A stretch of DNA of 64,000 nucleotides. It comes from Podarcis bocagei. Lineage: Eukaryota. Shown in pieces: positions 61,943 to 64,000 of the stretch. Position 1 is the first letter of the stretch. Each line of letters begins with the position of its first letter. Position numbers and translations under genes: made by a program. The DNA lies in assembly GCA_964188305.1 (NCBI GenBank), contig OZ076889.1; one strand, 5' to 3'. The notes under the pieces were generated by a model, which was not told the origin of the DNA, did no database searches, and was given only the letters and a program-made list of their open reading frames with translations.

Positions 61943-63039
61943 TTCTGAATGGGATTCATAGGGTTATTCAAGTTTCTTTTCTCCAAAATGACCCAAAATG
62001 ACCCATAACTGCATTTTAATAACTGTAACATGCAGTTATACATATGAATGCCATGATGGGACTCTACACCCACCAGCCCAGTTAATCAGGTAGGGAATAT
62101 AAACACAGCAAACATAAAAGGATTTCTACTGTAAAAGGTATAAAAGCTCTAGGCCTGTCTCCCTGAAAAGCATGTAGCAGATCACCTCTAATAAAAGCAA
62201 CTTCCTTTTCAAGCATATACCCTACATCCACGTAATATAAATATATACTCAGATAAAAGATAGTATTTTAGTGCCACAACTCTTCCTTGGAGCAAAGTCA
62301 ATGTTCACACATTCAGCTTGAGGGGGACAGTTTTGTAGAGTCACAAACAACACAGGCCCTTCAAACTCTTCTGAGTGAAAATCAAATCTTATCATCCTTT
62401 TATTGAAGTGTCTGTTTGCTTTTTCCTTTCTTTTCTTGAAATGTGTGTCGTAGCAAAGGTAACTTGCAAAGGTAGCAAGATGAACATACACATGCTATTA
62501 TAGTGCTTTAAACATCTAGCTGTTTTTTTAAAAGTTTCTTTTAAACTTAGGAGCAAAAAATAGTTGCAGGGAATGCAACTATAGCAAGGAAATGCTGGCT
62601 GTGGCATGGGGGTGAATTGAAGCAACAAGACTTCAATGTTCTGGCTTAAACTAAGAACGCAGTAAAGTGTGTGCTTAACTTCAAAGTTTGTTGCATTGAG
62701 GTCAATGGTCTGTTTGAACAGTCTCCTGGTGATTGCTTTAAGGTGATTGCTTTAAGGGGAAAAAATAAGAATATGATGCTCCCAATTAAAAATGCCTACT
62801 CTTCAAATAATATATAAAAGCATTGTCCTTGGACAAACTGTGTGCGCACACAGTTTCAGTCATGTAATCAATAGCACCAATAATTGTTTCCGGAGGAGAG
62901 ATGAATTGTGGGGACTGAAACCACCCTTCCTACTCTGTGCTCCTAAAATAGATAGGGACCATGGTTGCCAATTGCCCAAACCGGGGCTACATGGACATGA
63001 CCCAGGAACCACATGCACCAATGTAAGGCTGAGATGTGC

Positions 63040-63150
63040 TACTGAGCTCATGTTCTGTTTAGGGCTTCCTATGAGCATCTGGTTGGTCTTTGTGGGAACA
63101 GAATGCTGGACTAGACTGGCCTTGGCCTATTCCATCAGGGCTCTTGTTAA
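63040..63150 (+). mobile_element. Degraded 3' end of the same LINE family as 215-510
   Basis: GCATCTGGTTGGTCTTTGTGGGAACAGAATGCTGGACTAGA...CAGGGCTCTT matches 419-500. Confidence 0.55.
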
Positions 63151-63299
63151 ATTAGGAGATCTTATACTATTCCACATCCAGCTAAGATTATACACATGGA
63201 AACCTGCATCCACATATATTTTCCCACTCACTGATAGATCATGCCTGCAGAATGTCTCAGGTTTGATCTTTTGTATCTCTAGGTAGGGTTCAAAAAGAT

Positions 63300-63395
63300 T
63301 CCTTCTGGAAACTCTGGAGTGCTGCAGCTAGTGAATATAGACAAGTAATGAGTTAGAGGGACCAATGAGCTCACTATTAAGGCATCTTCTCATGA
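63300..63395 (+). mobile_element. 3' half of the same tRNA-derived SINE, degraded
   Basis: GAAACTCTGGAG.GCTGC...TAGACAA...GAG.TAGA.GGACCAATG...TAAGGCA.CTTC. Confidence 0.5.
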
Positions 63396-64000
63396 GTATT
63401 CCTCTAGTGTAGTTAGGTTTGTTAGAAAAGCCCCACACTCCACTTTCCTGTGGTTCAGATATGTGTCTGCTTGATTAACTCTGTCAAAAGATGCTGCTTA
63501 TGCAAATATCGCTGAAGAAATCTTCAGATGACTCTGTCAGCTATGTTTAGTGGTGGCGGTTTGTGTGTGTGTGTGTTTAAATTCTAAACTCTACATGGTT
63601 GACTTGCGAGCTTATTTTCCAGATCACCGAGAGAAATGAGAGACTTTTTTTGACAGACACTGGCTAAAGCAGCTTAAAATCAGAGGCACTGGGTTTCTAA
63701 AGGAATATCTCTCCAAGAGCTATTGACCACATTTTCTGCAGGTCATTGCTCAAGTGGTTGTTAGGCAGTGCGTTGGGACACAAAGTGTGCATGATGCTGC
63801 TTGCATTTTCTGTTGTGTCTGCGGACCAGAAACGCCATTTTGGCACCCTTATGTAGTCATTTTGACAGACTACTTTATATTCTTCCAATTTAGCGCATAC
63901 CCCTACTATGCAAGCTAAAATATTTGGGTGTTGCTGTTTTTTGTTTTAAAAAAGTCACAGGTGCAAATGCAGGCACATATCACAGGGAGCTTCTGATTGG

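Noticed and set aside
62728-62755. 14-bp tandem duplication GGTGATTGCTTTAA (and a 10-bp one near 61983)
   Set aside because: Ordinary slippage micro-duplications with no further structure.
62792-63286. 164-aa plus-strand ORF
   Set aside because: Overlaps a degraded LINE 3' UTR fragment and has no recognisable domain.
1-64000. CRISPR arrays, operons, rRNA/tRNA genes or other prokaryote-type systems
   Set aside because: The sequence is vertebrate repeat-rich non-coding DNA. No regularly spaced repeat-spacer array or gene-dense region was seen.

Overview
This is AT-rich, CpG-poor vertebrate genomic DNA, almost certainly from a squamate reptile. The Sauria SINE and accompanying repeats suggest a lacertid-type lizard; that assignment is an inference. 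The window is largely non-coding. The only confidently recognisable protein-coding sequence is a 5'-truncated, uninterrupted CR1 LINE ORF2 (reverse transcriptase C-terminal half, minus strand, ~13.9-15.0 kb). Other well-supported elements are a Sauria SINE, a 263-bp solo LTR with a perfect 5-bp TSD, a hAT MITE with a perfect 8-bp TSD, a Tc1/mariner-superfamily (Tc2/pogo-like) MITE with TA TSD, several L2 and CR1 3' fragments, many small fold-back repeats, and microsatellites. Repeat-poor blocks rich in homeodomain motifs look like conserved non-coding enhancers. A minus-strand transcript 3' end is plausible near 28.0 kb, and there are a few unassigned candidate exons. I could not identify a host gene, and nearly all short ORFs in the supplied track appear spurious. 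I found no convincing evidence of a previously undescribed biological system; the findings are modest leads. Boundaries of old repeats are approximate.
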